DNA of 64,000 nt from Promethearchaeota archaeon (GCA_019057865.1 JAHLWP010000003.1:96001-160000), one strand, 5' to 3'; positions 38,734-49,703 are shown, counted from the first letter of the stretch. Numbers and translations are program-made. Notes: generated from the sequence alone by a model not told the origin.

Positions 38734-39360
38734 ATGCCTTTTATAGAGCCTCATTTTGAAATAGATGATAAAGGAAGGGTTATTTGCCAACAACACCCAA
38801 ATTATCCGTTTTTCATAATGCCAAATAAAAGTCATTTTGAAGAGAGAAAATTAGAACTTTTATTAACATGTAAAACCTGTTCTCATTATCAAAATAATGA
38901 TTGCTATTTTTCAAATTCTAGAATTAATAATATTGAGCAGAAGAGACTAAAAAAATCAGATTATTTATGCAAATTGTGTGGAAATCGCATTGATAGAATG
39001 TTTACTATTATTCATAAAATATATTTTAAGGAAAGTTATAATATTGATATCCCATTAATCTGTTGTAATTGCTATGAAAGTTTAAAAAGAAATGAGTTTG
39101 TTTCAAGATCTAAATGGAAAATTTATCTTATTTTAATTAGTCTATTTTCTACAGTCTTTTTCCTTATTTATTTTTTAACATTTGGGTTAATTTTTGGCTC
39201 GCCTCTAAGCTCGTCTTTTACTTTTTTGCTAATAGGGATTATATTATGGGCAATTATTGTATTTAGAGATTTGAGGAAATTGAAACAGATAATCTCAGGA
39301 AGAAAATTTTATAAAAAATATTTTATAAATAAACAATCTATTAGTGGGGGCAAAAGATAA
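38734..39360 (+). CDS. Cys-rich (putative Zn-binding) protein with two C-terminal TM helices
   Basis: CQQH, CKTCSH..C, CKLC and CCNC followed by two hydrophobic helices. Confidence 0.7.
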   Translation: MPFIEPHFEIDDKGRVICQQHPNYPFFIMPNKSHFEERKLELLLTCKTCSHYQNNDCYFSNSRINNIEQKRLKKSDYLCKLCGNRIDRMFTIIHKIYFKESYNIDIPLICCNCYESLKRNEFVSRSKWKIYLILISLFSTVFFLIYFLTFGLIFGSPLSSSFTFLLIGIILWAIIVFRDLRKLKQIISGRKFYKKYFINKQSISGGKR

Positions 39361-39363
39361 AAA

Positions 39364-40467
39364 TTACCCTAAGGAACCTGCCCTCCCTCTCACATTTTTT
39401 CGCATTTGCTCTTGCCTTGAAACTATTTCACTAAATTGATCTTTTGATTTATTAGTTAAATTAACAATTTCAGGGACAAAATTATATTGAATAAAATATT
39501 TTTTACATTCTTCTGAGATTAATCCATTAGAGATATTTTTAGGATCCTTTTTAAAATAATTAAAATTAGACTCCCATTCATCTAAAAACATATGCAGATT
39601 TTTCCTTAATTGAAAAATAGGTAGAACTCCCATACTATTTGGAGTATTAATTGCTATGTTTGCATATTTGACAGAAAATCTATTTCCATTAAATGAAATT
39701 GCTACACCACCTTCAACATTTACTCTCTGGAGCATATTAATATCTGTTATCGAGTCCCCTAATGCAATCATTTTAGAAATAGGTATACCTGTTCTTTTTG
39801 AAATTTCTTCCACAGCTAATTCCTTCCTTTTTCCACCTCTAACTTTTACTTGATTCATGACCTTAATATAAGCAGAGTTGTTATTTTTCCAAAAGAAATC
39901 ATTTAAATCTTCTATGACACTATTAAGATCCTTATTATTATCTATATAATTTTGAAAAATTTCTCTTACTAAAACATTTAGTTCATAATTTATGTTTGAT
40001 AGCCCTTCCTTTAAGTCATGAATGTTTAGTTCAGTACAATAGACATGATCTCTCGGTATTTTTAATGCTGATGAAACATTATGTGCAAATTGAGCATAGC
40101 TTGTAGAAATAACAAATATCTCCCATGTTTTTTGAAGAATTTGCATTAATTCTTGACATCCAGGTAACAATCCAAGATTCTGTTTTGCTAAATTAATTAA
40201 ATCTTTTTCAGAAAAACAAGCAACGTAGATGGGTGCCATTAAACTTAAAGTATCGCCTGGTTGATACTCAGGTATTTTTAACTTTTTCTTAACTCCTGGG
40301 GCATCTATTATATAATCATCATAAGTAGAAATCATGAAGAAGAATTCTCCCATATCATATTTATGAAGATTTAGATCTTTTTTTTTACTTAATAACCGCC
40401 CCATTTCTAAAGCAAAATCCAAAACACTAATTGGTCCCTCCAAATCCCAGCAGCAAACATTATCCAT
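39364..40467 (-). CDS. HAD-superfamily hydrolase, EhaR/COG4030-like
   Basis: WDLEGP (motif I), YDD, YQPGDTL, ISTSY, GG..K, GDSITD and FNGN motifs. Confidence 0.8.
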   Translation of the reverse strand: MDNVCCWDLEGPISVLDFALEMGRLLSKKKDLNLHKYDMGEFFFMISTYDDYIIDAPGVKKKLKIPEYQPGDTLSLMAPIYVACFSEKDLINLAKQNLGLLPGCQELMQILQKTWEIFVISTSYAQFAHNVSSALKIPRDHVYCTELNIHDLKEGLSNINYELNVLVREIFQNYIDNNKDLNSVIEDLNDFFWKNNNSAYIKVMNQVKVRGGKRKELAVEEISKRTGIPISKMIALGDSITDINMLQRVNVEGGVAISFNGNRFSVKYANIAINTPNSMGVLPIFQLRKNLHMFLDEWESNFNYFKKDPKNISNGLISEECKKYFIQYNFVPEIVNLTNKSKDQFSEIVSRQEQMRKNVRGRAGSLG

Positions 40468-40598
40468 TTTTTATCGTTTTCGAATATCATTTACTTTGCT
40501 TTAAATAAAAAGAATTTAAATTTCTTAAAAAATCTCTTATTACGAGCTTGTTATAACTACTGAGTAAAGTCTATTAATAGCGAAACAAATCTTCATGA

Positions 40599-41084
40599 TC
40601 AAAGTTTTACTTTAAATATTTCCTCAATAGATTTCTCCCTCTTTGCTTTCTTAATTATTTCCCGCCAATTGGGTTCTATTGCATCAAAACTACCCTCAGC
40701 AAGCTCCCTTAATTCTACATCTATAGAATTTAGAAATGATCCAATATAAGGTAAAGCCCTTTTATCTTTAAGCCTTGTTAGACTTTCTAAGATGCAAATA
40801 ATCCTAAATTTGTCTATTTCTTGTCTTTTTAATTCTTCTCTTAGAATATTAATTATGCTTAAAGTAACTTTTGCATCTCCTATTCTTCCCATTGCTTCGA
40901 TTATCCTATTAACTACCATATATTCTTTTTCTGATTTAATAGCCCTCCACAGTAAATTTGATGCGCGAGGATCTTTTAAAAGCCCTAACTTTCTGGCAGC
41001 TTCGGCTCTTTTTTGCCAGTCATTACTATTAAATAATAGACGAATTAGTTCATTGAAATTAGCATTTTTAGAATAAGCAGACAT
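40599..41084 (-). CDS. HEAT-repeat (PBS lyase-like) protein
   Basis: R.EAA..LG.L.D.RA, EA.GRIGD and L..LKDKRALP repeats. Confidence 0.8.
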   Translation of the reverse strand: MSAYSKNANFNELIRLLFNSNDWQKRAEAARKLGLLKDPRASNLLWRAIKSEKEYMVVNRIIEAMGRIGDAKVTLSIINILREELKRQEIDKFRIICILESLTRLKDKRALPYIGSFLNSIDVELRELAEGSFDAIEPNWREIIKKAKREKSIEEIFKVKL

Positions 41085-41156
41085 ATTTCAAGTTAAAATA
41101 AAATTGGATATTATTATAATATGGTGATTATAAAATATTAAAATTTTCTTATTGGT

Positions 41157-42476
41157 TTATTTGTTCAAGAGTGAATTCATATGATCAATTCTTTTCTGGA
41201 GCAAGTCTAATGTTCCCACGTCTTTTCTATGAAATAATTTGCCTTCAATACAACTAACACCGCGTTCGGCAATTTTTTCTGCTTCTTCAAGTGTGTTAGC
41301 AATCCCTAGGACTCCCATTGCTCTTGATGTCGTCGTATAAATATTATTTCCTTCCCGATATACAGAAGCATAATAATATTTCGCGCCAATATCATTTAGT
41401 TTTTCCTTGTTAATTTTTACAATTTGATCTTTTTTTGGAGATACTGGATATCCTTCAGGTGCTAGATATTTACACACAGTGGCATTTTTTTCATAACTAA
41501 TATTTCCTGATAAATTTCCATCAATAATCTTCCAACATATATCCACAAAATTAGCTTCAAGCAACGGTAGGACATTCATTGCCTCAGGATCACCCCATCT
41601 TGCATTATATTCAATCATTTTCAGCCCCTTTGCTGTTTTCATGAATTGTCCATAAAGAAATCCTTTATATTCCACACCTGTTTCAGCTTTCACAGCTGCT
41701 ACAGTTTTTTTCATATCATCTAATGCCATTTTAACATCTTCTTGAGTAATAAATGGTAATAGATGATCTTCCATACTATATGAGCCCATACCTCCTGTAT
41801 TTGGGCCCTTATCACCATCATATGCCCTCTTATGGTCTTGAACTAAAGGTGAACCTACTACATTTTTACCATCTACAAAAGTTTGTAATGTAAACTCCTC
41901 TCCATCACATTTCTCTTCTAAAAGAAATCTACTTTTCTTATTTATTAATTCTTGGCAATACTCTAAAATTTCTTTTTTCGAAAAGAGGTGATCTCCATAA
42001 ACCCTTACTCCTTTTCCCCCTGTTAAACCTTCTGGTTTTATAACAATATGTTCCTCTCCTATATCTTTGATGTAATTTTCTACACCATTCATTGAGTCAA
42101 ACATCTTACTTTTTACATTAGATGGAATTTTATATTTTTCAAGTAAAAATCGTGTAAATACTTTTGATCCTTCTAATTGTGCAGCTTCAATTCCTGGACC
42201 AACACATGGAATACCATTTTTTTCTATAGCATTGACAATCCCAACACATAAAGGAGCTTCTGGGCCTATAACAACAAAATCAATTTTTTTATTTTTGCAG
42301 AACTCAACAATTTCTTTGAAATCTGTTTCAGAATGAATTTTTATATCTTTACTTAAATCTTCTAATCCTGCATTTTTAAAACTCATAAAAGAATATAAAG
42401 TCGCACCTCCACGTACTAAAGATTCCCCAATTACATGCTCTCTAGCACCATGACCAATAATTAAACAATTAACCAT
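41157..42476 (-). CDS. purD: Phosphoribosylamine--glycine ligase
   Basis: GHGAREH, IGPEAPL, AAQLEGSK, GLTGGKGV, QDHKRAYDGDKGPNTGGMG, EYNARWGDPE and GYP motifs. Confidence 0.96.
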   Translation of the reverse strand: MVNCLIIGHGAREHVIGESLVRGGATLYSFMSFKNAGLEDLSKDIKIHSETDFKEIVEFCKNKKIDFVVIGPEAPLCVGIVNAIEKNGIPCVGPGIEAAQLEGSKVFTRFLLEKYKIPSNVKSKMFDSMNGVENYIKDIGEEHIVIKPEGLTGGKGVRVYGDHLFSKKEILEYCQELINKKSRFLLEEKCDGEEFTLQTFVDGKNVVGSPLVQDHKRAYDGDKGPNTGGMGSYSMEDHLLPFITQEDVKMALDDMKKTVAAVKAETGVEYKGFLYGQFMKTAKGLKMIEYNARWGDPEAMNVLPLLEANFVDICWKIIDGNLSGNISYEKNATVCKYLAPEGYPVSPKKDQIVKINKEKLNDIGAKYYYASVYREGNNIYTTTSRAMGVLGIANTLEEAEKIAERGVSCIEGKLFHRKDVGTLDLLQKRIDHMNSLLNK

Positions 42477-42712
42477 AAATCTTCAACACATTTAAGAAAT
42501 CTATTTATATATTAATTTATTTATCAGTTTGATATATTTAGATTACCAAATAATTTTAATTTTAATTATTAACCAATGATTATTATCAATTTTTATAAGT
42601 AATTATTAATTGGTGAAAAAATCCGAAAACTTAATCGAAAGACTATTAAGATCATAATTCACTCTATTTTTCAATTAATATAATATTGATTAATTATTTT
42701 TAGGGGATAAAA

Positions 42713-43855
42713 ATGTTAGATGACAAATATAGAAAAGCTGCACGAACTATTGTTAAAGCTGGTTTGATTCCATTTCCCATAAATGATACTATGATTGAAT
42801 TATTGAAGCTATTAATTGATGAAGAACAATTACCTTTTATAATGGCATTCAGAAAAAAGGCTTCTCAAACTATGGAGCAATTAAAATTAAGTAGTAAAAT
42901 GTCAGAAAACGAGATAGAAATGCATGTGAAAAAATTAACTAAGAATGGTTTTATATTCAATCAACCCAGTTCAAAAGGAGTAATGGTATATAGATTAATG
43001 CCAATATTTATGATTGGAGCTTTTGAATATATTTTTATGAAAAAACTCGAAATTTCTAAAGAAAATGAAAAATTAGCCCTACTATTTGCTAAATTATTCG
43101 ATGAATTAAGGAATTTTGTACAAAAAAATTATGATAATATAGTCCCAATATATCAAAATTTCCCTCCAATTGATAGAACTGTACCCATATTAGATAAAAC
43201 AATGGAAGGTGAAGAAATTAAGATTTTAATTAATGAAGAGATAAGTATATCAGAAGAACAGATATTACCAACACAGAAAGTTGAAGAAATTATAAAAAAA
43301 TTCGAGGATATTGCGGTGGGTCATTGTTTTTGTCGGCACCATAAAGATTTATTAGGAAATCCTTGTAAAACTACAAATATAAGAGAAAATTGCTTTACTT
43401 TTGGCAAATCTGCGCGCTATACAAGTGAACATGGATTTGCCATAATGATATCTAAAGATGAAGCACTTAAAATTTTAAAAGAGTCTGAAAAAGCTGGTTT
43501 AGTTCATAAAGCTTTTCATCCTCATGAAGACATTGAAAGGGATGAAACAAGTATATGTAATTGTTGTGAATGTTGTTGTGCAACTTTTGAGATGTGGAGA
43601 AAAGGAGCCATATCTATGATAAATTCAACTAATTATTTATCATATATAGATGAAAAATTATGCACTGGATGTAGTATTTGTATAAATAAATGTCCTGTTA
43701 ATGCAATTGAATTAAATGATGATAATAAAGCTGAGAGAAATGCAGAATGGTGTATAGGATGTGGAGTTTGTGCTCATTTCTGCCCTGAAAATGCCATATC
43801 TTTATTGGAAGGAATGCGTAAAGTCTATGTCCCTCCTCCTAAATTGCGAAATTAA
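42713..43855 (+). CDS. 4Fe-4S ferredoxin-domain protein with N-terminal winged-helix-like region
   Basis: CFCR, ICNCCECCC, CTGCSICINKCP and CIGCGVCAHFCP; paralog of 3865..4959. Confidence 0.8.
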   Translation: MLDDKYRKAARTIVKAGLIPFPINDTMIELLKLLIDEEQLPFIMAFRKKASQTMEQLKLSSKMSENEIEMHVKKLTKNGFIFNQPSSKGVMVYRLMPIFMIGAFEYIFMKKLEISKENEKLALLFAKLFDELRNFVQKNYDNIVPIYQNFPPIDRTVPILDKTMEGEEIKILINEEISISEEQILPTQKVEEIIKKFEDIAVGHCFCRHHKDLLGNPCKTTNIRENCFTFGKSARYTSEHGFAIMISKDEALKILKESEKAGLVHKAFHPHEDIERDETSICNCCECCCATFEMWRKGAISMINSTNYLSYIDEKLCTGCSICINKCPVNAIELNDDNKAERNAEWCIGCGVCAHFCPENAISLLEGMRKVYVPPPKLRN

Positions 43856-43890
43856 CATATTATTTCATCTTTCTTCATTATTTGATTCAC

Positions 43891-44451
43891 TTAAGAACCT
43901 TGAAGTTTTTGCTTGAAAACTTCAATAGTGTTAGAAATCTCTTCAATTTGTAAATTAAATTCTTTAGGATGAACCTTTTTCAAATTTTCAAAATTCAAAA
44001 TTATTTGTTTTAATTCATCAATCCATAATTTCATTAATATTTCATCTTCTTTACCAGTAATTACATTTTTTAACTCTCCCCTTATCATAGTTCTTAGTTT
44101 CTCTAAAAGTTGATTTTCGTTTACAGTGAACGAGATTTTCATTACATCAAATTGAGTTTTAACTGCTTCTAAGTCAGATATGATTTTGTTTTTTTCTAAT
44201 AAAAATTGGTCATTAAATTTATGTACCATACTGATAATGATATCTTCTTGAGTTCTTATCGTTTCTTCAGTTTGTTCTTTATATATTGTACTCTCCTCTT
44301 TTATTATTCTAATATTTTCATTAATTAATTCAACATTTTCTTTAAGTTCTTTATTGATTAATTCAATATTCTCTTCAAGTTTATTTACTTGGTCTACTAA
44401 TTTCTGAATTAACTTTGGAGTTACTTCCTTAATAACTTCTTTTTTAGACAA
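43891..44451 (-). CDS. Coiled-coil hypothetical protein, likely co-transcribed with the upstream GTPase
   Basis: GGTGA Shine-Dalgarno and TTG start, heptad-rich, 36 bp from the GTPase stop. Confidence 0.7.
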   Translation of the reverse strand: MSKKEVIKEVTPKLIQKLVDQVNKLEENIELINKELKENVELINENIRIIKEESTIYKEQTEETIRTQEDIIISMVHKFNDQFLLEKNKIISDLEAVKTQFDVMKISFTVNENQLLEKLRTMIRGELKNVITGKEDEILMKLWIDELKQIILNFENLKKVHPKEFNLQIEEISNTIEVFKQKLQGS

Positions 44452-44487
44452 TCTTATTCACCATTTCTCTTTTTTTATTTAATCTTT

Positions 44488-45462
44488 TTATTGTGTTTTG
44501 TTTTTTTCCTCTTTTTCTAGTTTTAATATTGATTGCAGCTTTAACTCAAAATCCTCTTTGAAATAATTTAAATCTTTGGATGTTTTATCAATTATCTCGT
44601 TGAGTAAAGCTATTGGAGTTTTCTTTAAATTTATAATTATATCTTTAATTGCTGTTAAATTATTGCTATAAGCATTTATAATATTCTCTTTAATTTCATC
44701 TAATTTGGGAATTTGATATTGAATATCTTTAAGTTCCTCAGGTTTTTCAGTTAATTCAATTTCACTTTCTGATGAAATTGAGACTTTTTTTGTGATCATT
44801 GTAGTCGATTTCTTTTTAAGAGCATATAAATCTATATTTGTTAAATTTGTAAATAAATCATTTAGATCATTCTCACTTTTTTTGATAAATCCTAAAAATT
44901 CTTCTGAAAGTCTACTAGCAGTATCTTCAATTTGATTATCCCAATCTTGCAAAAAATTAAAAACTGATAATTCAAAAAGATCTTGGACTTTATATTGCGT
45001 TTTAGCAGAAATAAGAATTAATGGGATTTCTTTAATACTAAATCGATCAGAAATTTCCTTTAAATCATCTTCCGTTGATATTAAATCTAATTTATTTCCA
45101 ATTAAATAAGTTAAGCAATCTTCAGAAGACTCTGTTAATTTCTTTAAATATGTTTTTTGCAGGTCTAAAAGTGTTTCTTTTGTTTTAGATAAATCAAAAA
45201 CTAATAGGGCTACATCAACATTGTTAAAATGTACTGGGTTTAGCGGATTAAAAGATTTTTGGCCACCAGTGTCCCAGATATTCAAAATTAATGAATGTTC
45301 TTTCAATTTAAACCCTTTCCTAGAAATATTACTTCCTATTGTAGGAATATATCTTTCTGGGAAGCCTTTATCTAAATAAGAGTTTATAATAGAAGTTTTA
45401 CCAACACCAGCATCTCCGAAAATGACTAATTTTATATTAATTTCATTAATGAACATTATCAT
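44488..45462 (-). CDS. Rab/Ras-like small GTPase with C-terminal helical extension
   Basis: G1 GDAGVGKT, G2 PTIG, G3 WDTGGQ, G4 NKLD, G5 SAK; about 150 extra C-terminal residues. Confidence 0.92.
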   Translation of the reverse strand: MIMFINEINIKLVIFGDAGVGKTSIINSYLDKGFPERYIPTIGSNISRKGFKLKEHSLILNIWDTGGQKSFNPLNPVHFNNVDVALLVFDLSKTKETLLDLQKTYLKKLTESSEDCLTYLIGNKLDLISTEDDLKEISDRFSIKEIPLILISAKTQYKVQDLFELSVFNFLQDWDNQIEDTASRLSEEFLGFIKKSENDLNDLFTNLTNIDLYALKKKSTTMITKKVSISSESEIELTEKPEELKDIQYQIPKLDEIKENIINAYSNNLTAIKDIIINLKKTPIALLNEIIDKTSKDLNYFKEDFELKLQSILKLEKEEKNKTQ

Positions 45463-45703
45463 ATCCCAGTTTGTATAAGAAATCTAATTGAATAAATTAT
45501 GACAGATTTTATATATAAATTTGTTCTGAGTATTTATTTCAAAATTTATTTAATTGTTTTTTTTAGATAAAAAAGCTTTAAATGTTAAAGTTCTAAATCA
45601 TAAATGTAAAAATAGTTTTAGCATTATAAATTTAAAAATTCAGAGAAGTTAAAATCAATTAATATTTAATTTAAATAGAATTAATATTATAATTATTAGA
45701 TAA

Positions 45704-46651
45704 ATGAGTCAAAATAGTTGTATTGAATTACATAATGTTTCTAAAAGTTATAAAGATCTTCTTGCTTTAAATAATATTTCTTTTACAATAGAAAAAGGAG
45801 ATGTTTTTGGATATATTGGTCCAAATGGAGCTGGTAAGACAACAACAATAAAAATATTAGTAGGATTAATTCCAAATTTCAAGGGAGAAGTCTATGTCAA
45901 TGAAAAACATTTATCAAAATATAAAGATCTCCACAAGATTATTGGTTATCATCCTCAGGAAGTAGGGTTTCAAGATTGGAGAACCGTAGATCATGCTCTT
46001 AAAACTTTTGGTCGCTTATCTGGATTGAATAAAAACCTACTAGAAAATCGAATTCAAGAAATTTTAAAATTTGTAAATCTTGAAGATGTGAGGTATAAAA
46101 AGATCAAGAATTTATCAGGGGGGATGATCCAGAAGTTAAGATTGTCTCAAGCTCTTTTACATGAACCAGAAATACTTGTTTTAGATGAGCCATTATCTGG
46201 TTTAGATCCTTCCATGAGATATCAAATAAAAGATTTAATCAAAGATCTCGCTAAAAGTGGTATAACTATCTTATTTTCATCTCATATTTTGAGTGATGTT
46301 CAAGATATAGCAAATATCATTGGAATTTTACATAAAGGTGAACTTCTTAAAATAGGAACTCCTGATGATCTACAGAGTGATTTTCAAGTAGGAAATATAA
46401 TAAAAATTGAAGTTGCTAAAGATTCTCCATTATGTCAAGGTTTAGAAAATATTCCTGAGATTGAAAAAGTGGAACAACTAGCTTCAAATCTTCAGTTTGT
46501 ACACTTAAAATCTGAAATTAATTTAGATCTTATAATTAATCAAATTCTTAAATCATTGATAGAAAGTAAGTGTAATATACGAAATTTTAGTGTGGTTAAA
46601 CCAAGTTTAGAAGAAGTATATTTAAAGTATGTTGGAGGTGAAGTAAAGTGA
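45704..46651 (+). CDS. ABC-2 type transporter ATP-binding protein
   Basis: GPNGAGKTT, LSGGM, LDEPLSGLDP, SSH and C-terminal SLEEVYL. Confidence 0.93.
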   Translation: MSQNSCIELHNVSKSYKDLLALNNISFTIEKGDVFGYIGPNGAGKTTTIKILVGLIPNFKGEVYVNEKHLSKYKDLHKIIGYHPQEVGFQDWRTVDHALKTFGRLSGLNKNLLENRIQEILKFVNLEDVRYKKIKNLSGGMIQKLRLSQALLHEPEILVLDEPLSGLDPSMRYQIKDLIKDLAKSGITILFSSHILSDVQDIANIIGILHKGELLKIGTPDDLQSDFQVGNIIKIEVAKDSPLCQGLENIPEIEKVEQLASNLQFVHLKSEINLDLIINQILKSLIESKCNIRNFSVVKPSLEEVYLKYVGGEVK

Positions 46652-47307
46652 GTTTATTATTACTTTTTTTAGATGAATTGAAAGGATTTGCTAAGTCTAA
46701 AATTATGATTATTTTGTGGTTTGGATTACCAGCACTAGCTATATTAATTCATTTTATACAGCCTGAAACCGAGGATTTTCCAATAACATCTTTAGTGACA
46801 ATTGTTGTCTCAAGTATCGGTAGTACCCTATCCTCCATTATGCTTAGTACCTCAATTGTTAATGAAAAAAATAACCATGTTTATGAATTATTTCTTGTTA
46901 GACCTGTCAAACGTTATTCTTTGCTCATATCAAAATTTCTAGCAGTTTATTTGTGCTTAATTATTGCAGTAGGTTTATCTCTTCTAGTAGGGCTAGTTAT
47001 AGATGGCATTACGGTTGGAATTCCTGAAGATTTCTTAGATTTAATATTTGATTCGCTATCAATAAGTTTATCATCAATGGCAATAACATGTTCAATTGGT
47101 ATTTTTTTTGGAGTATTAGTGTCTTCTGTAGCTGCAGCTGCTATTTTATCTGTATATTTAGGTAGTCAATTATCTTCCATTATACTTTTACCAACATTCT
47201 TTTCAGAAACTTTAGATCCTGTATTATTGGCATTAACAATAGGTATATCAGCTACTATAACTATAATGATTATCAATATTTTTATATTTAGTCGAAAACA
47301 ATTTTAA
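46648..47307 (+). CDS. ABC-2 type transporter permease
   Basis: Six TM helices and EK...ELFLVRPV.R..LLISKF. GTGA overlap with the ATPase and GGAGGTGA Shine-Dalgarno. Confidence 0.88.
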   Translation: MSLLLLFLDELKGFAKSKIMIILWFGLPALAILIHFIQPETEDFPITSLVTIVVSSIGSTLSSIMLSTSIVNEKNNHVYELFLVRPVKRYSLLISKFLAVYLCLIIAVGLSLLVGLVIDGITVGIPEDFLDLIFDSLSISLSSMAITCSIGIFFGVLVSSVAAAAILSVYLGSQLSSIILLPTFFSETLDPVLLALTIGISATITIMIINIFIFSRKQF

Positions 47308-47904
47308 CTAAATTTCATCTAGATTTTTATTTTTAGTTGAAAATTTTCTATGGGCATAAATGATTCTGTGTAAAGCAGTAATATTAGTCCCAATTGCCAG
47401 AATTATCATTGTCCAACAAATAGCGTTAGGAAACCAAATCTGTATTATAGATCCAATTAGTAGAATAGGTACGCGATCTGTTCTTTCAAGTATTCCAACT
47501 CCATACATACTTTTTACTCCAAGTGCTTCAATTTTAGCTCGAGTATAAGAAGTTAAAAACGCACCAAATAGTACAATTAGACCTATTTCAATCGAGGTAT
47601 ATCCACCAAGGATCACTCCAAAAAATAGAAAAAAATCTCCGATTCGATCTAACGTAGAATCTAGAAAGGCTCCCATCTTTGTTGGTCCTTGAAGACGGGC
47701 AACTACACCATCTAATTGATCAAAAAATTCTGTAATAAATAAGAAAGCAATAATTAAAGGGAGATTTTGAAAATAGAAACCTAAAAATGTTATAATGGCA
47801 GAGATCATACCAAATAAAGTAAAATAATTTGCTGGTATTTTTGTTAACTTTCTTCCTAATGGAAGCAACAGTTTTTCTGAAAATTTTTTTACTTGTAATA
47901 GCAT
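47308..47904 (-). CDS. CDP-alcohol phosphatidyltransferase, archaetidylinositol phosphate synthase-like
   Basis: DQLDGVVAR...G..GAFLDSTLDR signature, SYTRAKIE and GILERTDR. Confidence 0.9.
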   Translation of the reverse strand: MLLQVKKFSEKLLLPLGRKLTKIPANYFTLFGMISAIITFLGFYFQNLPLIIAFLFITEFFDQLDGVVARLQGPTKMGAFLDSTLDRIGDFFLFFGVILGGYTSIEIGLIVLFGAFLTSYTRAKIEALGVKSMYGVGILERTDRVPILLIGSIIQIWFPNAICWTMIILAIGTNITALHRIIYAHRKFSTKNKNLDEI

Positions 47905-48016
47905 AGAATTGTCTTTCCTAATTTTTTATTATTAGTCTTTTTTTAAAATTAAGATCATATAAAAATAAAGTTTTACCTACTATTTTATATAAAAAAAATT
48001 TGATAATAGAAAAAAT

Positions 48017-49513
48017 CTAAATTCCATAAATTGGATAAAATTTCTTTTCAAGATATTTCATAAAGTAATCTGAGTTCAAGGGTTCCCCTGTAATTCTTTT
48101 TATTAAATCATCTGCTCTATAAATCATTCCATGTTGATGCACATTTTCTCTTAAATAATTCAATAAATTAGAAAATTCGCCTTTTCTATAATCTTCTGGT
48201 AGGTGCGGAAGTTTTTTGAGAGCATCCTGATATATCTGCGCTCCATAAAGATTTCCAAGAAAATATGTAGGGAAATATCCTATACTGCCCATACTCCAGT
48301 GTATATCTTGTAATACCCCTTGAGCGTCATTTGGGGGAATAATTCCTAATAATTCTTCAAATTTAGAATTCCATAATTCGGGTAATTCTTTTACTTGAAT
48401 TTTACCATCTATAAGTTCTTTTTCTAATTCAAATCTCAAAATAATATGTAAACCATATGTTACCTCATCTGCATTTACTCTTATAAATGATGGCTGAACA
48501 GTATTAACAGCCCTATAAAAGTCTTGCATTGGATAGTCTTTTAAATTTTCAGGGAAATACTTTTGAAAAGTTGGATACCAATACATCCAAAATTCCTTAC
48601 TACGGCCTACAAAATTCTCCCACATTCTTGATTGAGATTCATGAATTCCCATTGAAGTGCCGTTACATAAAATTGTATCATGAAGCTCCTTCTTAATACC
48701 CATTTCATAAAGTGCATGACCACATTCGTGTATTGTTCCTAAGATACATTCATTAAGGTAATCTTCTGATGTCCTTGTAGTGATTCGCGTATCCATAGAA
48801 GCAAGTGATGATGTAAATGGGTGGGTTGATCTATCCTGACGACCATACCCAAGATCATAATTAAGTTTTTTAATTATCTCAAAACTAAGTTCAAACTGTT
48901 TATCTGGATCATAATTCTTCCTTAGTATTGAATCATCAGGCTTATCTGAAGAAGAATTTAACTTTTTAACAAAATCTATTAGTTTTGGTTTTATTGGATT
49001 AAAGACATTAGAAATCCAATCATATGTAGCATCAGGTTCATATAAATCAATTAAAGTTGAATACATATCTGGATGAGTCTCAAGCCTTCTTGCTTTTTCT
49101 TTTTGTAATTCAACACTCTTCTCAAGGATATTTTGGAAAATTGAAAAATCACTTTTAGCTCTAGCCTCTCTCCAATCTTTGGCTGCTAATATACTAGTTT
49201 CAGCAATTTCTGTTACTAATTTTTCAGGTAATTTTGTTGCAAGATTATATTCTCTAGTAATTTCACGTAGCATAGCACTTTCAATTTCATTAAGATCAGT
49301 AAGTTCTTCTGCTTCCTTTATTAATTTACCGACCATTTCTGAAGTTACTCTTTTATGAATTAATTTTTCTAGTAAAGATACTTGCTTAGATCTACCTTCT
49401 AATGACTTATAATTTTGCATATTTACCTCTTGATCCCATCCCAATGTCACTTGTATATAGTGTAGTCTCATTATTTCAGCAAAACATTCCTTAAGTTCTT
49501 CTATAGCATTCAT
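48017..49513 (-). CDS. Carboxypeptidase, M32 (Taq) family
   Basis: HPF, DTRITTR, HECGHALYE, HESQSR, IRVNADE, GVLQDIHW and GYFPTY motifs. Confidence 0.95.
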   Translation of the reverse strand: MNAIEELKECFAEIMRLHYIQVTLGWDQEVNMQNYKSLEGRSKQVSLLEKLIHKRVTSEMVGKLIKEAEELTDLNEIESAMLREITREYNLATKLPEKLVTEIAETSILAAKDWREARAKSDFSIFQNILEKSVELQKEKARRLETHPDMYSTLIDLYEPDATYDWISNVFNPIKPKLIDFVKKLNSSSDKPDDSILRKNYDPDKQFELSFEIIKKLNYDLGYGRQDRSTHPFTSSLASMDTRITTRTSEDYLNECILGTIHECGHALYEMGIKKELHDTILCNGTSMGIHESQSRMWENFVGRSKEFWMYWYPTFQKYFPENLKDYPMQDFYRAVNTVQPSFIRVNADEVTYGLHIILRFELEKELIDGKIQVKELPELWNSKFEELLGIIPPNDAQGVLQDIHWSMGSIGYFPTYFLGNLYGAQIYQDALKKLPHLPEDYRKGEFSNLLNYLRENVHQHGMIYRADDLIKRITGEPLNSDYFMKYLEKKFYPIYGI

Positions 49514-49703
49514 TTTAAAAACTTTATATTGTAGTGATAAAAATTTTTAAAAAAGATAATTAAGGATATACAAATAAATTTTAGTTTTATTTTTCCTAAA
49601 TGTAATATTTTTTAATTAATTATCAATCTAAAGAGAATAAAGCACAATAAAAACAAATTACAGATTAGATAGAAGTATATTTTAAAAATTTTTAAAAAAA
49701 TCA

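Noticed and set aside
43960-44640. LKKV and LKKT in the GTPase operon as WH2 motifs
   Set aside because: LKK is common in this Lys-rich proteome, and both lie inside longer helical domains without proline-rich context
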